Assembly: GCF_009914755.1 (NCBI RefSeq)
Contig: NC_060933.1
Origin: the human T2T-CHM13v2.0 reference genome, Homo sapiens
DNA: 64,000 nucleotides
Direction: 5' to 3' (one strand)
In this document: positions 26,601 to 44,800 of the stretch, one piece after another
Layout: every line of letters begins with the position of its first letter
How positions within the stretch are numbered: the stretch's first letter is position 1
Translations under genes and position numbers: made by a program
Notes under the pieces: generated by a model
The model's database searches: none
What the model saw: only the letters and a program-made list of their open reading frames with translations
Told to the model about the DNA's origin: nothing

Positions 26601-27170
26601 TCAATCCTTCCTTCTTAATCCTTTTTGCAAGTTTGTTGAAAAAGAGAAGGATCTCATGATTTCTGCTCTGACAACCTCCCAGGCACAAGGGCTGTATTTC
26701 TTCCCCATCAGATAAAGAGTGATTCTTTGAAAGTATTTCCTCACAGCCAGGATGGAGTCCTCATTCATCAGGGCAATCTCTTCCACCCCAACCTCCTGTG
26801 TCACACAGGCTTCTAGGTCATTCAGTTGCTGGAAAAGTTCAATGTAGAATTTGTCTAGGAGGGTCTCATCCCAAGCAGCAGATGAATCCTTTGTGCTGAA
26901 GAGATTGAAGGTCTGCTGGATCATCTCATGGAAGGCAGAGATGGCTTGAGCCTTCTGGAACTGGTTGCCATCAAACACCTCCTGGGGGAATCCGAAATCA
27001 TATCTGTCCTTCAGGCAGGAGAAATGAGAGATTCTTCCCATTTGTGCCAGGAGTATCAAGGCCCTCCTATTACCCAGGCTGTGAGTCTGAGGCAGATCAC
27101 AGCCCAGAGAACAGATGGATTTGTAGCTGAGCACCAGCACGGCCATCAGTAAAGAAAAGGACAGGGCCAT
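26601..27170 (-). CDS. IFNA16: Interferon alpha-16 precursor, 189 aa
   Basis: Diagnostic [34 protein letters not shown]. Confidence 0.97.
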   Translation of the reverse strand: MALSFSLLMAVLVLSYKSICSLGCDLPQTHSLGNRRALILLAQMGRISHFSCLKDRYDFGFPQEVFDGNQFQKAQAISAFHEMIQQTFNLFSTKDSSAAWDETLLDKFYIELFQQLNDLEACVTQEVGVEEIALMNEDSILAVRKYFQRITLYLMGKKYSPCAWEVVRAEIMRSFSFSTNLQKGLRRKD

Positions 27171-27263
27171 TGGGATGTTGCAAATATTGCTAGGCTACTG
27201 GAGATGGGTAAACTTGAACCTTGGCCTCTAGGTTTTCTGAAGACTTTGCTCTGTGCATAGTTC

Positions 27264-27341
27264 TTAAATAGTGAACATACTAATTTCCATTTTCTAAATG
27301 CCCTGGTTTTACTTTCTATCTCTGTTTTTGCTTTCTTTATG
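27264..27341 (-). promoter_or_regulatory. IFNA16 promoter: TATA and VRE-A
   Basis: Same IRF modules; TATTTAA at 27264-27270. Confidence 0.9.
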
Positions 27342-29574
27342 CACTCTCTACATGTGTTTACATATGTTTTTCATTTTGTTCATCATTGCCTATTTTTCCC
27401 CTGCACTCAAAGACTTTTATGGTATTTTTTACTAATTGGAATCTTCATGAAATTTTAATAACACAGATTTGGCATATCTATTTATGTATACTACGTATAC
27501 CTCTACTTCACAGATAAAAACTATAAAGTTTGCTCTTTTTATTCAATGTAAAGTTAAGAATGACAGAAAAGTTAAACTAAAATCTAAGTTTAAAAGCTGT
27601 TGACATATAACTTAATTTGATAAGTATATTTCTGGAATAACTTTTAGTGTAATTCATTAATGTAAATTATATTTTATCAAATTACATATGCAATATAAAA
27701 GCTATATAAATACACGTTAATATGAATGTAATTACATACTGAATCATTGAAAACTACTAAATATATGAATCAATAATTTTTTAAAATTTTTCTCATAGTG
27801 TATGAAGCTTTGAATTTTGCTTAATATGAGAAAATAATTTGTAAACTTTACTAGCTGCAGTATTCATCCAGATATTGCCAACACTTTTTTCTTTTCAGCA
27901 CTTGACATAAATATTGATGTGTTGAATAACTGTACTAGAAATAAATCATATGATACAAGCTCTTTGCATTGAATTCTCAAAGTCTACAAAACATCCTGAA
28001 GAACTGAGGATCAAACATAAGCAATAACCATAAGATAGTCAATGGCAGCCCAAAGGTGTGCAGGTTAAAGCCACATATTATGATAAGATTTTAAGATCAA
28101 GCAAAAATGGACAGAATGTCCTCCTATCACAGTCTTCTATTTGCCATAGGTTTGTAACACTGATCTTGCAAATATTTTGTGTATCTTCAGGAACTCAATA
28201 TCAGTGCTTCTCATGTGATACAGCAGAAAATCCAATGAGAGAGATGTATATTAAGCAATGAAATTTTGTTGGACAGAGTTGTTAGAGAATCACCAACTAT
28301 TGTAATGTGTTAGGTTAGTTTATACTTCGAGAACCCTTAGGAGAAGTATCACATAGACATATGTGACTTAGAATATATTATCATGTAAAGAATTAATTTT
28401 CAGAGTGGTCCTGAACTCTGACTCTACCTTTTCTTTTGCCTAAGAAGTTAGTTTGCCTTGGCCCTATAGATACTGAGTCTTTAAATGGAATGAGGTCTGC
28501 TTTAGCAAATCAGCTATTTAGTAAGTGGAGTTTTTACTAGTTTCTCATTTTTTCTTCTACTGGAAAGTGTTCAAGAATGAAGCTATTTTGCTTCCTCATG
28601 GCCATATTTGCTGGGATTGTAATAGACAATGACAAAAGTTTCCATTCAGCTTTTACTGAGAGTCAATAATGCCCATTTAGTTTACTGCTTAAACCACTGG
28701 GATTCTAGTTTTTTTAAGGTTCATGTAGATCTGGGGATACAAGTTGCAAGAGCAGCATAATATCATCCTTTGCTAGCACTATGTTAACTATTTATGGCTT
28801 CATCTCTAATCTGTCCTCTATTTTGTGATAATAGAAAATAAGTAGCCTGGTGTCAAATACAGAGTCACATATCTAATTTCAAACTCTCCAATTCACACAG
28901 TTTATAGGAATCAGACAATTTACTATTCCCAAAAGTAGGGAATAATAGCCTCTATCCCCCAAATAATCCTACAGCTTTCCTTCCCTGGATCAAATCCCCA
29001 GAATGTGTATGTGAACGGTAGATACTTGTGACATCATTTTTCCATCATTTATAAATTTCAGTTTCAAATCACGTGATAATCTTTAGATGACACTAGTAGA
29101 AAATTAGCCTGTTTATATAAAGGTAGAGATTATGAAATGGACCAATTTTAGAAAATAACCAAACACATTTTATTATTCATTATTTTAAATGATTCACTTA
29201 AATTCTTTATATCATTGAACAATTAAAATATTCTACATTTTGAAATGTGCGCAGGGGTTTCCATAATAGAGGAGGTTTCATTTCAGAAATGTATATTTTG
29301 TACATTAATTTAGTAGTTGATCCAGTCAACACATTTTTATTGAATTTTGGGCTAATCCTTTGTATCAGACCCGGACAATACAGGGCAATTTTGCCCAAGT
29401 TATTATGCTTAGTCTTTGAAACACTGGGGGAGAGAGTATTTTTTCTTTGTTCACTTGCGATTGTATGGGGAATTTTTGCGTATTCATTTTTTATGTAGTA
29501 TTTTACTGTGAAAATTTGTTTTTCTATACTTTGATTTCTTTCATTTTCATATTCAGGTTAGTGTCAATGAAACA

Positions 29575-33276
<3,702 letters not shown>

Positions 33277-34019
33277 GAAAGAATATAAATATAATGTTTA
33301 AGTGGGCTATACAATGGTTTTATGTGGCATTCACAACAACAAATGTATTTATATTTCTCACTTCATTTTTCCTGGAAGGCAAAAGTGGTCTGATTTTTCA
33401 TCTTAATTTATGGGAACAAAAAGAAAACAAATGTATGTCTAAATGTGATAAACATGTAAGAGGAGAAATACCTAATGTAAATGACAAGTTAATGGGTGCA
33501 GCAAACCAACATGGCACATATATACCTATGTAACAAACTTGTGCGACGTGCACATGTACCCTAGAATTTGAAGTATAATAATAAAAATAAAAAAGAATGA
33601 CCAGAAGGGAACTTAGAAAATATCTTGAGACAGATGAAAATGAAAACACAACATACCAAAACATATGTGATGCAGTGAAAACAGAGCTAAAAAGGCAATT
33701 GAAATTTGTAAAAGCTTATATCAAAAAAGACGAAAGACTAAAATCAATGAACTAACTTTACAAGTTAAGTAACTAGAAAAAGAAGAAATAAACACATAGC
33801 TAGGAAGAGGAAGAAAATAAGAAAGACTAAAGCAGAAATTAATAAAATACAGAATAGAAAAGATTAAAAAATCAATGGAACTAAGCATTAGTCTTTTGAA
33901 AGGATCAACAAAATTGAGAAACCCTTAACTATATTAAGAAATAAGTAGAGAAAAATCAAATAAATATCAGAAATAACAGAGGACACATAACAACTGATGG
34001 CATAGAAGTAAAAAGGATT

Positions 34020-34522
<503 letters not shown>

Positions 34523-34708
34523 TATATATATGCAAGCAGAATGGAATTTCAATGTAAAATAAGTTATTGTTATTTATACATGATGTGTAAATTTTGTATT
34601 GGGATTTCCTTTAATTATTAATCTCCTTTTTTCCTCAATTATACACAACCATCTCCTGCTCTCTGAATTTCCTTGGTTCATGTTGTATTTTCAGCTGATT
34701 TTGACCAA

Positions 34709-34709
<1 letters not shown>

Positions 34710-34755
<46 letters not shown>

Positions 34756-34779
34756 TCCTTCCTTCTTTCTTTCTTTTTG
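34710..34779. repeat. (TTTC)n microsatellite expanded from the L1 tail
   Basis: About 11 TTTC units then TTCC; much shorter in paralogs at 6071, 24610, 46680. Confidence 0.95.
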
Positions 34780-36311
34780 ATTTTGCTTTAAGTTCTGGAA
34801 TACACGTGCAGAACATGCAGATTTGTTACATAGGTATACGTGTGACATGGTGGTTTGCTGCACCTATCAACTCGTCACCTAGGTTTTAAGCACAATTTTT
34901 TTAATCCAGTCTCTCATTGATGGGCATTTGGGTTGGTTTCCTGTCTTTGCTATTGTAAATAATGCTGCAATAAACATACACATGCATGTATTTTTATAAG
35001 AGAATGATTTATATTTCTTTGGGTATATACTGAGGAATGGGATTGCTGGGTCAAATGGTATTTCTGGTTCTAGATCCTTGATGAATCGCCACATTGTCTT
35101 TCACAATGGTTGAACTAATTTGTGTTCCCACCAAAAGTGTAAAAACTTTCCTATTTCTCCACAGCTTCACCAGCATCTGATGTTTCCTGACTTTTTAATA
35201 ATCACCATTCTGAGTGGCATGAGACGGCATCTCATAGTGGTTTTGATTTGCATTTCTCTAATAATCAGTGATGTTGAGCTTTTTTCATGTTTATTGGCCG
35301 CATAAATGTCTGCTTTTGAGAAGTGTCTGTTCATGTCCTTTGCCCACTTTTTGATGGGGCTTGTTTTTTCTTTGTAAATTTGTTTAAGTTCTTTTTACAT
35401 TCTGGATATTAGACCTCTGTCAACTGGGTAGACTGTAAAAATTTTCTCCCATTCTGTAAGTTGCCTGTTCACCATGATGATTGATAGTTTCTTTTGCTGT
35501 GCAGAAGCTCTTTAATTGATGCCATTTGTCAATTTTAGCTTTGGTTGCAGTTGCTTTTGGCAATTTCATCATAAAATCTTTGCCCATGCCGATGTCCTCA
35601 ATGCTATTGCCTACATTTTCTTCTAGGGTTTTTCTGCTTTTGAACTTTACATTTAAGTGTTTAATCCATCTTGAGTTAATTTTTGTATAAGGTGTAAGGA
35701 AAGGGTCCAGTTTCAGTTTTCTGCATATGGCCATCCAGTTTTCCCAGCACCACTTATTAAATAGGGAATCCTTTCCCCATTCCTAAAGTATTGAGAAAGA
35801 GATTCTCTTTTCCAGTTTCTAATTTTATTTTATGAAAGAAATGTGTCAGTTTTTACTGACATTTAACAGAGTATTAATCACAATAATGATCAATTACTAC
35901 TGTAAATAATTTTATATTTTATGCTTTAAATATATAAAATATTAAATGTATTTATATGATTTACCAATGCATCACATTTATGAAATTTATTCATTGACAT
36001 GTATTTTCAAAAAGGAAACACTATGCAGATAAAAGATAATCCACAGTTTTGGGGGTTCCAGCTTATGACTTCCCTCCATTGCAAAGGCAGATCTCTCACA
36101 ATTTTCTGTATGTGTTATCTTGATTTTTCTTTTCTGATTCACTCTTCTACCTACCCCAGTATGGCTTCTGCTGATTAATTCTATCAATCCAGCTCTCAGT
36201 AAGCTCTGCATTGCCATCTATTTTCTTGCTGTAGTGCTCAGTTTTAATTCACATTTTCCATAAGTTTATTGATTTCTTTTCTAAGCACATTTATTTTCTA
36301 AATACACTTTT

Positions 36312-36459
36312 TTAATTTTTTAAATTTAATTTAATTTTATTATTATTATACTATAAGTTTTAGGGTACATGTGCACAATGTGAAGGTTAGTTACATATGT
36401 ATACATGTGCCATGCTGGTGTGCTGCACCCATTAACTCGTCATTTAGCATTAGGTATAT
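36312..36459 (-). mobile_element. ~150-bp L1PA3-like 3' end, specific to the IFNA17 module
   Basis: Antisense L1 3' terminus; flanks rejoin to aaatacacttttatcatcattccc seen in paralogs; possible 5-bp TSD ctttt. Confidence 0.9.
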
Positions 36460-37456
36460 CTTTTATCATCATTCCCTCTCGTCCTTCTAATGTTAAGGTT
36501 TTCCACCTCTGTTTTCTTTGTGACTCTTCTGTACCCCCACTTTAATGGTGGAAGGTTCTCAGAATCCAGTTTAAGTCTTTTTTTCCCTCTCCACTTGCTC
36601 CCCACATGACAGCCTTCATTTTCGGGCTTTCCATTGCCAGTTATGAACTTCCAGATTTCGTATGCCTTGGAAACTGCAAATTCACATATCTGACTTGCAA
36701 TGTACATCTTCAATTACATGTTGAAGTCAGTTTACAGAGAATATCTCTGCTTTTATTTCCAGATATGTCTCAATCTACATTCTGCTAAGAGGAATTCATT
36801 GTATTTTACTTCCTCACATTATAGCAGTTAGCATCACTGATATTAATTCAGCATTATTATTGTTTTTAGATTTCTTTCCTGACAAAAATCAAAGATACAA
36901 GAGAACAGGGACTGTATATTTTATGTTCACGTTTATATCTTGAAGGCAACATATAACCAGGTACAGAAAAATGTTTTTTTAATAACTTGAATAAAATTAT
37001 GATAGATAACTTAATTAAATCATATATTTTTAAGTCAGGTTGTAAAGTCAGCCTCGACATTTTATCTTAAAGAATAAACAAACACAAGAAATTTTGTATA
37101 GTAAAAATTTAATGAAAAAGGAAATTAATATATTGGCTAAATATGAAGAACATATATTGTTACATTCACCACAATGTAAAGGTACACATGATATTACATA
37201 AAAAAATAATTTAAATCTTAAAAATAATTAAATAAATATTTAAATAAATAGATGAACAGAGACATCAGCATGGTCATCTGTAAAGTACTAGTGCCTGCAC
37301 AGGTATACACGACGCTTCTTTACACTGCTGAAAACATTTGAAAATTTTGATTCAACTCGTGGTGGTTATAGAAGTGAGTCTTTGAAATGGAGGAACTCAT
37401 GAAAGTGTGAGATAATGTATTAGTCAATCAGGATCATTGCCATGTTGAACCAGTTT

Positions 37457-38026
37457 TCAATCCTTCCTCCTTAATATTTTTTGCAAGTTTGTTGAAAAAG
37501 AGAGAGATCTCATGATTTCTGCTCTGACAACCTCCCAGGCACAAGGGCTGTATTTCTTCTCTGTTAGATAAAGAGTGATTCTTTGGAAGTATTTCCTCAC
37601 AGCCAGGATGGAGTCCTCATTCATCAGGGGAGTCTCTTCCATCCCAACCTCCTGTATCACACATGCTTCCAGGTTATTCAGTTGCTGGTAAAGTTCAGTG
37701 GAAAATTTTTCTAGGAGGCTCTGTTCCCAAGCAGCAGATGAGTCCTCTGTGCTGAAGAGATTGAAGGTCTGCTGGATCATCTCATGGAGGACAGAGATGG
37801 CTTGAGTCTTCTGGAACTGGTTGCCATCAAACTCCTCCTGGGGAAGTCCAAAGTCATGTCTGTCCTTCAGGCAGGAGAAAGGAGAGATTCTTCCCATTTG
37901 TGCCAGGAGTATCAAGGCCCTCCTATTACCCAGGCTGTGGGTCTGAGGCAGATCACAGCCTAGAGAACAGATGGATTTGTAGCTGAGCACCAGCACGGCC
38001 ATCAGTAAAGAAAAGGACAGGGCCAT
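37457..38026 (-). CDS. IFNA17: Interferon alpha-17 precursor, 189 aa (Ile184 allele)
   Basis: Diagnostic [30 protein letters not shown]. Confidence 0.97.
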   Translation of the reverse strand: MALSFSLLMAVLVLSYKSICSLGCDLPQTHSLGNRRALILLAQMGRISPFSCLKDRHDFGLPQEEFDGNQFQKTQAISVLHEMIQQTFNLFSTEDSSAAWEQSLLEKFSTELYQQLNNLEACVIQEVGMEETPLMNEDSILAVRKYFQRITLYLTEKKYSPCAWEVVRAEIMRSLSFSTNLQKILRRKD

Positions 38027-38119
38027 TGGGATGTTGCAAATGTTGCTAGGCTACTTGAGATGGGTAACCTTGAACTTTGGCCTCTAGGTTTTCTGAAGAC
38101 TTTGCTCTGTGCATAGGCC

Positions 38120-38197
38120 TTAAATAGTGAACATACTAATTTCCATTTTCTAAATGCCCTAGTTTTACTTTCTATGTCTGTTTTTGCTTTCTTTTTG
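38120..38197 (-). promoter_or_regulatory. IFNA17 promoter: TATA and VRE-A
   Basis: Same IRF modules; TATTTAA at 38120-38126. Confidence 0.9.
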
Positions 38198-41120
38198 CAC
38201 TCTCTACATGTGTTTAAGAATGTTTTTCATTGTTTTTCATCATTGCCTATTTTTCCCCTGCACTCAAAGTCTTTTACGGTATTTTTTTGTAATCGAAATC
38301 TTCATGAAGTTTTAATAACACAGATTTGGCATATGTATTTATGTATACTATGTATACCTCTACTTCACAGATAAAAACTATAAAGTTTGCTTTTTTTATT
38401 TAACGTAAAGAATGACAGAAAAGTTAAACTAAAATCTAAGTTTAAAAGCTATTGACATTTAACTTAACTTGATAAGTATATTTGTGAAATAACTTTTAGT
38501 GTAATTTGTTCATGTAAATTTTGTATCAAAGTACCTATGCAAAATAAAAATCTATATAAATACACATTAATAATATGAATATAATTACATACCTAATCAT
38601 TCAAAACTCCTAAAAATAAGAATCAATAATTTTTTAAAATTTTTCTCTTAGTGTATGAAGCTTTGAATTTTGCTTTATATGAGAAAATAATTTGTAAACT
38701 TCACTAGCTGCAGTATTCATCCACATATTGCCAACACTTGTTTCTTTTCAGCACTTGACATAAATGTATATGTGTTGAATAACTTTAGTAGAAATAAATC
38801 ATATAACATAAGCTATTTGCATTGAATTCTCAAAGTCTACCAAACATCCTGAAGAACTGAGGATCAAACATAAGTAATAACCATAAGATAGTCAATGGCA
38901 GCCCAAATATATGCAGGTTAAAGCCACATACTGTGATAAGACTTTAAGATCCAGCAAAAAATGGACAAAAAGTCCTTCAATCACAGTCATCTATTTGCCA
39001 TAGGTTTGTAACACTGATCTTACAAATATTTTGTTTACCTTCATGAACTCAATACCAGTGCTTCTCATATCGTACACAAGAAAATCCAATGAGAAAGATG
39101 TATATTAAGCAATGAAATTTTGTTGGATAGAGTTGTTGGAGAGTCACAAACTATTGTAATATGTCAGATTTGTTTACATAAACTACAAGAACTAATTTTT
39201 GTACTCTTCGAAGAAGTATCATTCCAATAAACATATGTGACTTAGGAAATATTATAAGTTAAATCATTTTTGGCATTTTTCATTGAAGTTCATATTCCCT
39301 AAAGATTTTCAGAAGTTCCTATCCAAGTCAATTCTTATCAAATAAAAAAGACCATCTTTGTTCTAAATTCATAAATTTATAAATATTGAATATTATTATG
39401 CAAAGAATTAACTTTCAGAGTGGTCCTGAACTCTGGCTCTACTTTTTTTTTTTTTTTTGCATAAGTAGGCCCTATAGATACTGAACCCTTAAATGGAATG
39501 AAGTCTGCTTTAGCAAATCAGCTATTTAGTAAGTGGAGTTTTTACTAGTTTCTCATTTTTTCTTCTACTGGAAAGGGTTCAAGAATGAAGCCATTTTGCT
39601 TCCTCATGCACATATTTGCTGGGATTATAATAGATAATGACAAAAATTTCCATTCAGCTTTTACTGAGAGTCAATAATGCCCATTTAGTTTACTGCTAAA
39701 ACCACTGGGATTCCAGTTTTTTTAAAGTGCATGTAGATCTGGGGATTCAAGTTGCAAGAGCAGCATAATATCATCCTTTGCCTAGCACTATATTAACTAT
39801 TTATGACTTCATCTCTAATCTGTCCTCTACTTTGTGATAATAGAAAATAAGTAGCCTGGTGTCAAATACAGAGTCACATATCTAAATTCAAACTCTCCAA
39901 TTCACACAGTTTATAGGAATCAGACAATTTACTATTCCCAAAAGTATGGAATAATAGCCTCTCTCCCCCAAATAATCCTACAGCTTTCCTTCCCTGGATC
40001 AAATCCCAAGAATGTGTATGTGAATTGTAAAGACTTGTGACATCATTTTTCCATCATTTATAAATTTCAGATTCAAATCTCGTGATAATCTTTAGATGAC
40101 ACTGGTAGAAAATGAGCTGGTTTATATGAGGTAGAAATTATGAAATGGATCAATTTTAGAAAATAACCAAACACATTTTATTATTCATTATTTTAAATGA
40201 TTCACTTAAATTCTTTATATCATTGAACAATTAAAATATTCTACATTACGAAATGTGCACAGGGGTTTCCATACTAGAGGAGCCTTCATTTCAGGAATGT
40301 ATATTTTGTACATTGATTTAGTAGTTGATCCAGTCAACACATTTTTATTGAATTTTGGGCTCATCCTTTTATTAGACCCTGAGAATACAGGGCAATTTTG
40401 CCCGAGTTATTATTCTTAGTCTTTGAAACACTGGGGGAGAGAGTATTTTTTCTTTGTTCACTTGAGATTGTATTGGGAATTTTTGCATATTCATTTTTTA
40501 TGTTGTATTCTACCGTGAAAATTGGTTTTTCTATACTTTGATTTCTTTCATTTTCACATTCACGTTAGTGTCAATGAAAGAATACAAATATAATTTTTAA
40601 ATGGACTATACAATGATTCTATGTGGCGTTCTATGTGGCATTCACAACAGCAAATATATTTATATTTCTCACTTCACTTTTCCTACAAGGTAAAAGTGGT
40701 CTGATTTTTCATCTTAATTTATGGGCACAAAAAGAAAACAAATGTAGGTCTAAAAGTGATAAACATGTAAGAGGAGAAATACCTTATGTAAATGACAAGT
40801 TAATGGGTACAGCAAACCAACATGGCACATACTTGCACGTTGAGCACATTTACCCTGGAACTTAAAGTATAGTAAAAAAAAAATGCCCAGAGGGGAACTT
40901 AGAAAATATCTTGAGAGAGATGAAAATGAAAACACAACATACCAAAACATATGTGATGCAATGAAAACAGAGGTAGAGGGGAAAATGAAAGCTGTAAAAG
41001 CTTATATTAAAAAAGAAGAAAGACCTCAAACGAATGAACTAACTTTACAAGTTAAGGAACTAGAAAAAGAAGGAATAAACACATAGTAAGGAAGAGGAAG
41101 AAAATAAGAAAGACTAAAGC

Positions 41121-41706
41121 AGACCCCAGGTCTTCATCCTTACTTCTCAGTCCTTGCAAGTTTGTTGATGAAGAGAAGGATTTCATGATTCCACTCTGAG
41201 AACCTCCCAAGCACAGTCACTGTATTTCTTCTCTTTCAGGTAGATTCTCTGGATTCCCATGGATTCCCTGGAAGTACCTCCTCAAGGCCAGTGTAGGGCC
41301 ACAATCACCCCTACAGATTCTTCCTCTCCTATTGCCTGCCCTAAGCAAGACTCCAGGCATCCTAGCTACAGATGAAATCCAGTGTGGAGCTGGTCCAGGA
41401 GGGTCATGTTCCAGGCAGCAGAGGAGCACTCTGTGGGGTAGACGCTGAAGATCTGCTGAAGCATCTCATGGAGGACAGACAGGGCCTGGGCCTTCTGCAA
41501 CTGGCTGCCATCCACATCTCCAGGGGGAACCTGAAGTCTCTTCTGTCCTTGAGACACAAGAAAGTGGAGATTCTCTGCATTTGGCCCAGAAGAGCCAAGG
41601 TGTTCCTGCTAAGTAGGCCATGGTTCTGAGGCAGGTCAAAGCCCAGAGATCCAACAGGGCCACAGTGGCAAAGCAGCAGGGCCACCAGTAGAAGCAGTAG
41701 GACCAT
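41121..41706 (-). pseudogene. IFNWP5: Interferon omega pseudogene
   Basis: Same shared lesions plus a 3-bp signal-peptide deletion and an extra TAG at 41366-41368; lies between IFNA17 and IFNA14. Confidence 0.88.
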
Positions 41707-41824
41707 TGGGAAACGAGGGTGCTGCTGGCCTAGCTGAGCTGGGGTCTGGATGAACCCTGGACTCCAGGTTCTCTCAAGGCATTCTTTTTATGCATGGCTT
41801 ATAGTTGGAAACAAATAGTTTTCA

Positions 41825-44800
41825 GGGTTGGCCAAGACGGCCACCTAGAAGCTGCTAGTGTGTGCCACTCTCGTGGAGAGAAATGGAAGGGGCAAGTAAA
41901 TACAGCACCTTCAACTGAAACATCCAGGTACACACATTGGGACTCAACAGCTTGACCCATGGAGAACAGAGCAAAGCAAGGCAGGACGACTGCCCACCAA
42001 GGAGTGTCACAGAGCCAGGGGAGCCTCTCCTTCCCAGGGAAGTGGTAAGTCAGCAGCCCTGGGGACCCATGCTTCTCTCACGGATCTTTGCAATCCTCAG
42101 ATCAGGAGATCTCCTAGTGAACCCACTCTACCAGAGCCTTCAGTCTGACATGCAGGGCTACGTAGGGTTTCAGCAGAGCAGCTGCTCAGGCATGCATGGG
42201 TACCCTGGAGCCTTAGATACCCAGGCTTCCCCACAAAAGAAGCTATAACTCCAGCCAAGCAGGACGCTAGACCCCTATACATACCCCTAGGAAAGGGGTT
42301 TCATTCAGGGTGCTGGGCAGTGACAAGTGGCAGGCCCACCTTCCATGGCCTGTCTCAGGGTAAGACCCACTGGCTTGGGAATCCAGCCAGACACTGGTAG
42401 CAGCGTCACACCTCCCTGACATGGAGCTCCCACCGGCAGGGTGTGGGCTGCTATCTTTGCTGTTTCACAGCCTTAGCTATTGGAGCCTTTGTGTTCTAGG
42501 GAGTCCAAGGCAGCTAGGGACTGGAGCAGCCACCCAGCACAGCCCAGCAGCTCTACAGAGAAGCAGTCAGATTGCTTATTCACATCGATCCCAAATCCTG
42601 TTTCTTTTCTGTAGGTGGAATCTCCCCACTGGGGTCTCCAGTCACCTCCACCACTGTTTTCTAGTGGACCGCAGTTTCGAATATCCCTGGGATGGCGCTC
42701 CCAAAGGGAAGGGTAGGTAGCCTTTGTTGCCGTTTAGCAGCCTTAGCCATTCTTGAAAATGCCATTCTTCGTGCTGGCGGTGGTAGCAGACCCCCAGCAC
42801 AGCACAGCTGCTCTACCAAAAAGTGGCCAGACTGTTTTTTCACCTGAGTCCCTGATACTGTTTCTCCTCAGTGGGTGAGATATCCCCACCGGGGTCTCCA
42901 GCCACCTCCTACATGTATGTTGCAGGAGGCAACAGGTTGTACCTCTCTGGAACAGAGCTCCCAGGGGGAGGGGCAGGCCCTCATCTTCACTGTTTCATAG
43001 CCTTCACTGTTGATATCTTCAGGTACTGAAAAATGTGAAGTGACTATGGTCTGGATTGGACCCCCAGCATATTGCAGCAGCCCTATGGAAAAGTGGCCAG
43101 ATTGTGTGTTATGTCGGTCCGTGATCCCCTCTCTCTTCACTGGGTGGGTCTGCCAGGCTTGGGTCTGCAGCTACCAGTTGGGGCTATTGAGCCAATGACA
43201 GCTCTGCATCTCCCTGGAACAGAGCTCCCAGTGAGAAGGGTGGGTTGCCATCTTTGCTTTCTCACAGCTCTTGCCCTTGCTGTCTCCAGGCTCTGGAGAG
43301 TCTGTAGGGAACAGTGGCTGGTCCAGATCCCCAAAACAGAGCAACTGCCTCACAGAAGAGTGACCATACTGTTCTCCATACAGTTCCTGGTTGTCACCTC
43401 TCCTCTGTGGGCAGATCCACCTGACCAGACTCCAGCACAGGCACCCTTCCCCTGCCTCATCTCCTCAATCAGGCAGTCCAGCATTTCTCAAAGGAAGAAA
43501 TCCTACAGTCAACCCACAACCCATCCACCACTACTGTTGCAGTGGGACAGCCCCAGCAGCCCTCTGGCTGGGGAAGGAACAAAGGGCCTAGTCACTACAC
43601 TCTCACCTCCAGCACACCATAGCCACCATACAAAGAGGAGTCCAGCCTTTCTTCCCTGAGAATCTGCATCCCTATTCTTCAGGAGGCAGGGCCCCCAGCC
43701 CATGACTGCAAAACAGTCAACCTACCCATAGCTGAGCATATCCACTGGTAGTTGCCTGGAGTTTCCCTGGGGAGAGGCTCCCACAGCCATCCTACCTCTG
43801 CCACTGCCACAGCAGCAGTTTTATCCCTGCTGCCTTGGGTCTGGGGAAGAAACAAAGAGTCTGAAGCTCTTTGTTTACGAGCTTGCAGCAAGCCACTGTC
43901 ACATGAACTTACAGCACACTGCAGTTACCATATGGTGAGAACAGTCTCTCCTCCTGGTAAGATTGCCACCTTCTATTACCCAAAAAGTGAAGCCCCAAGC
44001 TTACACCAGCAGTGCAGCCACCCCACTCCTCTGGCTAAACACTGCCATTAACATGGCTTCACATTTCTTGGAGGTGGAGACCCCAGGGGCAACAGAAAGC
44101 CTGTCTACCACTGCCTCTGCAGTGGTACTACCCCAGCTACCTTGGAACTGATGAAGGAGCAGAGACCTCAAGTACCTTATCCATACCTCCAACAAGCTGC
44201 CGTCAACCCAAGAGAGGAGGCCAGTCTGTCTGCCATTGGTCAATCACCCACCCCTCACATCACCAGGCAGGGAACCCCTGGCTTGGGCCCACAGGACACA
44301 CTCCCATCCCACGCTGATTGCACTGAGTGACTGCTGACCTGCTTCTCTGTGGTGGAGCCCCCCGGAGACAAGCAAAAGACCCTCAGTTACAACAACTACT
44401 AAGGTCCCTTCCTTCGATGGCTCCAAGTTGGGGAGAAAACATTAACCCTGAGATCACCCCAGAGCTGTTGTGGGCAGCCTGGGAGTGCCAAGATACAAGG
44501 TACAGTCAGCACTCAAGTGGGAGAGGAGCCCAAACTTTCAAAGCATTGAGATGGAGCACGTGTACAACCGTGAGGAAATGTAGGTGAGCCCCATGACTGA
44601 GCAAGAGCCTGACAACTGACCACTGCACCTAAGAGTCACCTACTAGGTCATGCCCAAAGCTTCAACACCAACAAATCTCACTAACACACCCTCATTCAAC
44701 CAAAGACATGTCAGCTACAAATAAAGACCCTGCACAAAGCTACAGCCCTGTGAACACAGCCAGAAAATAAGTCTCTTTATTGATTGAACTCAAGCTACAC

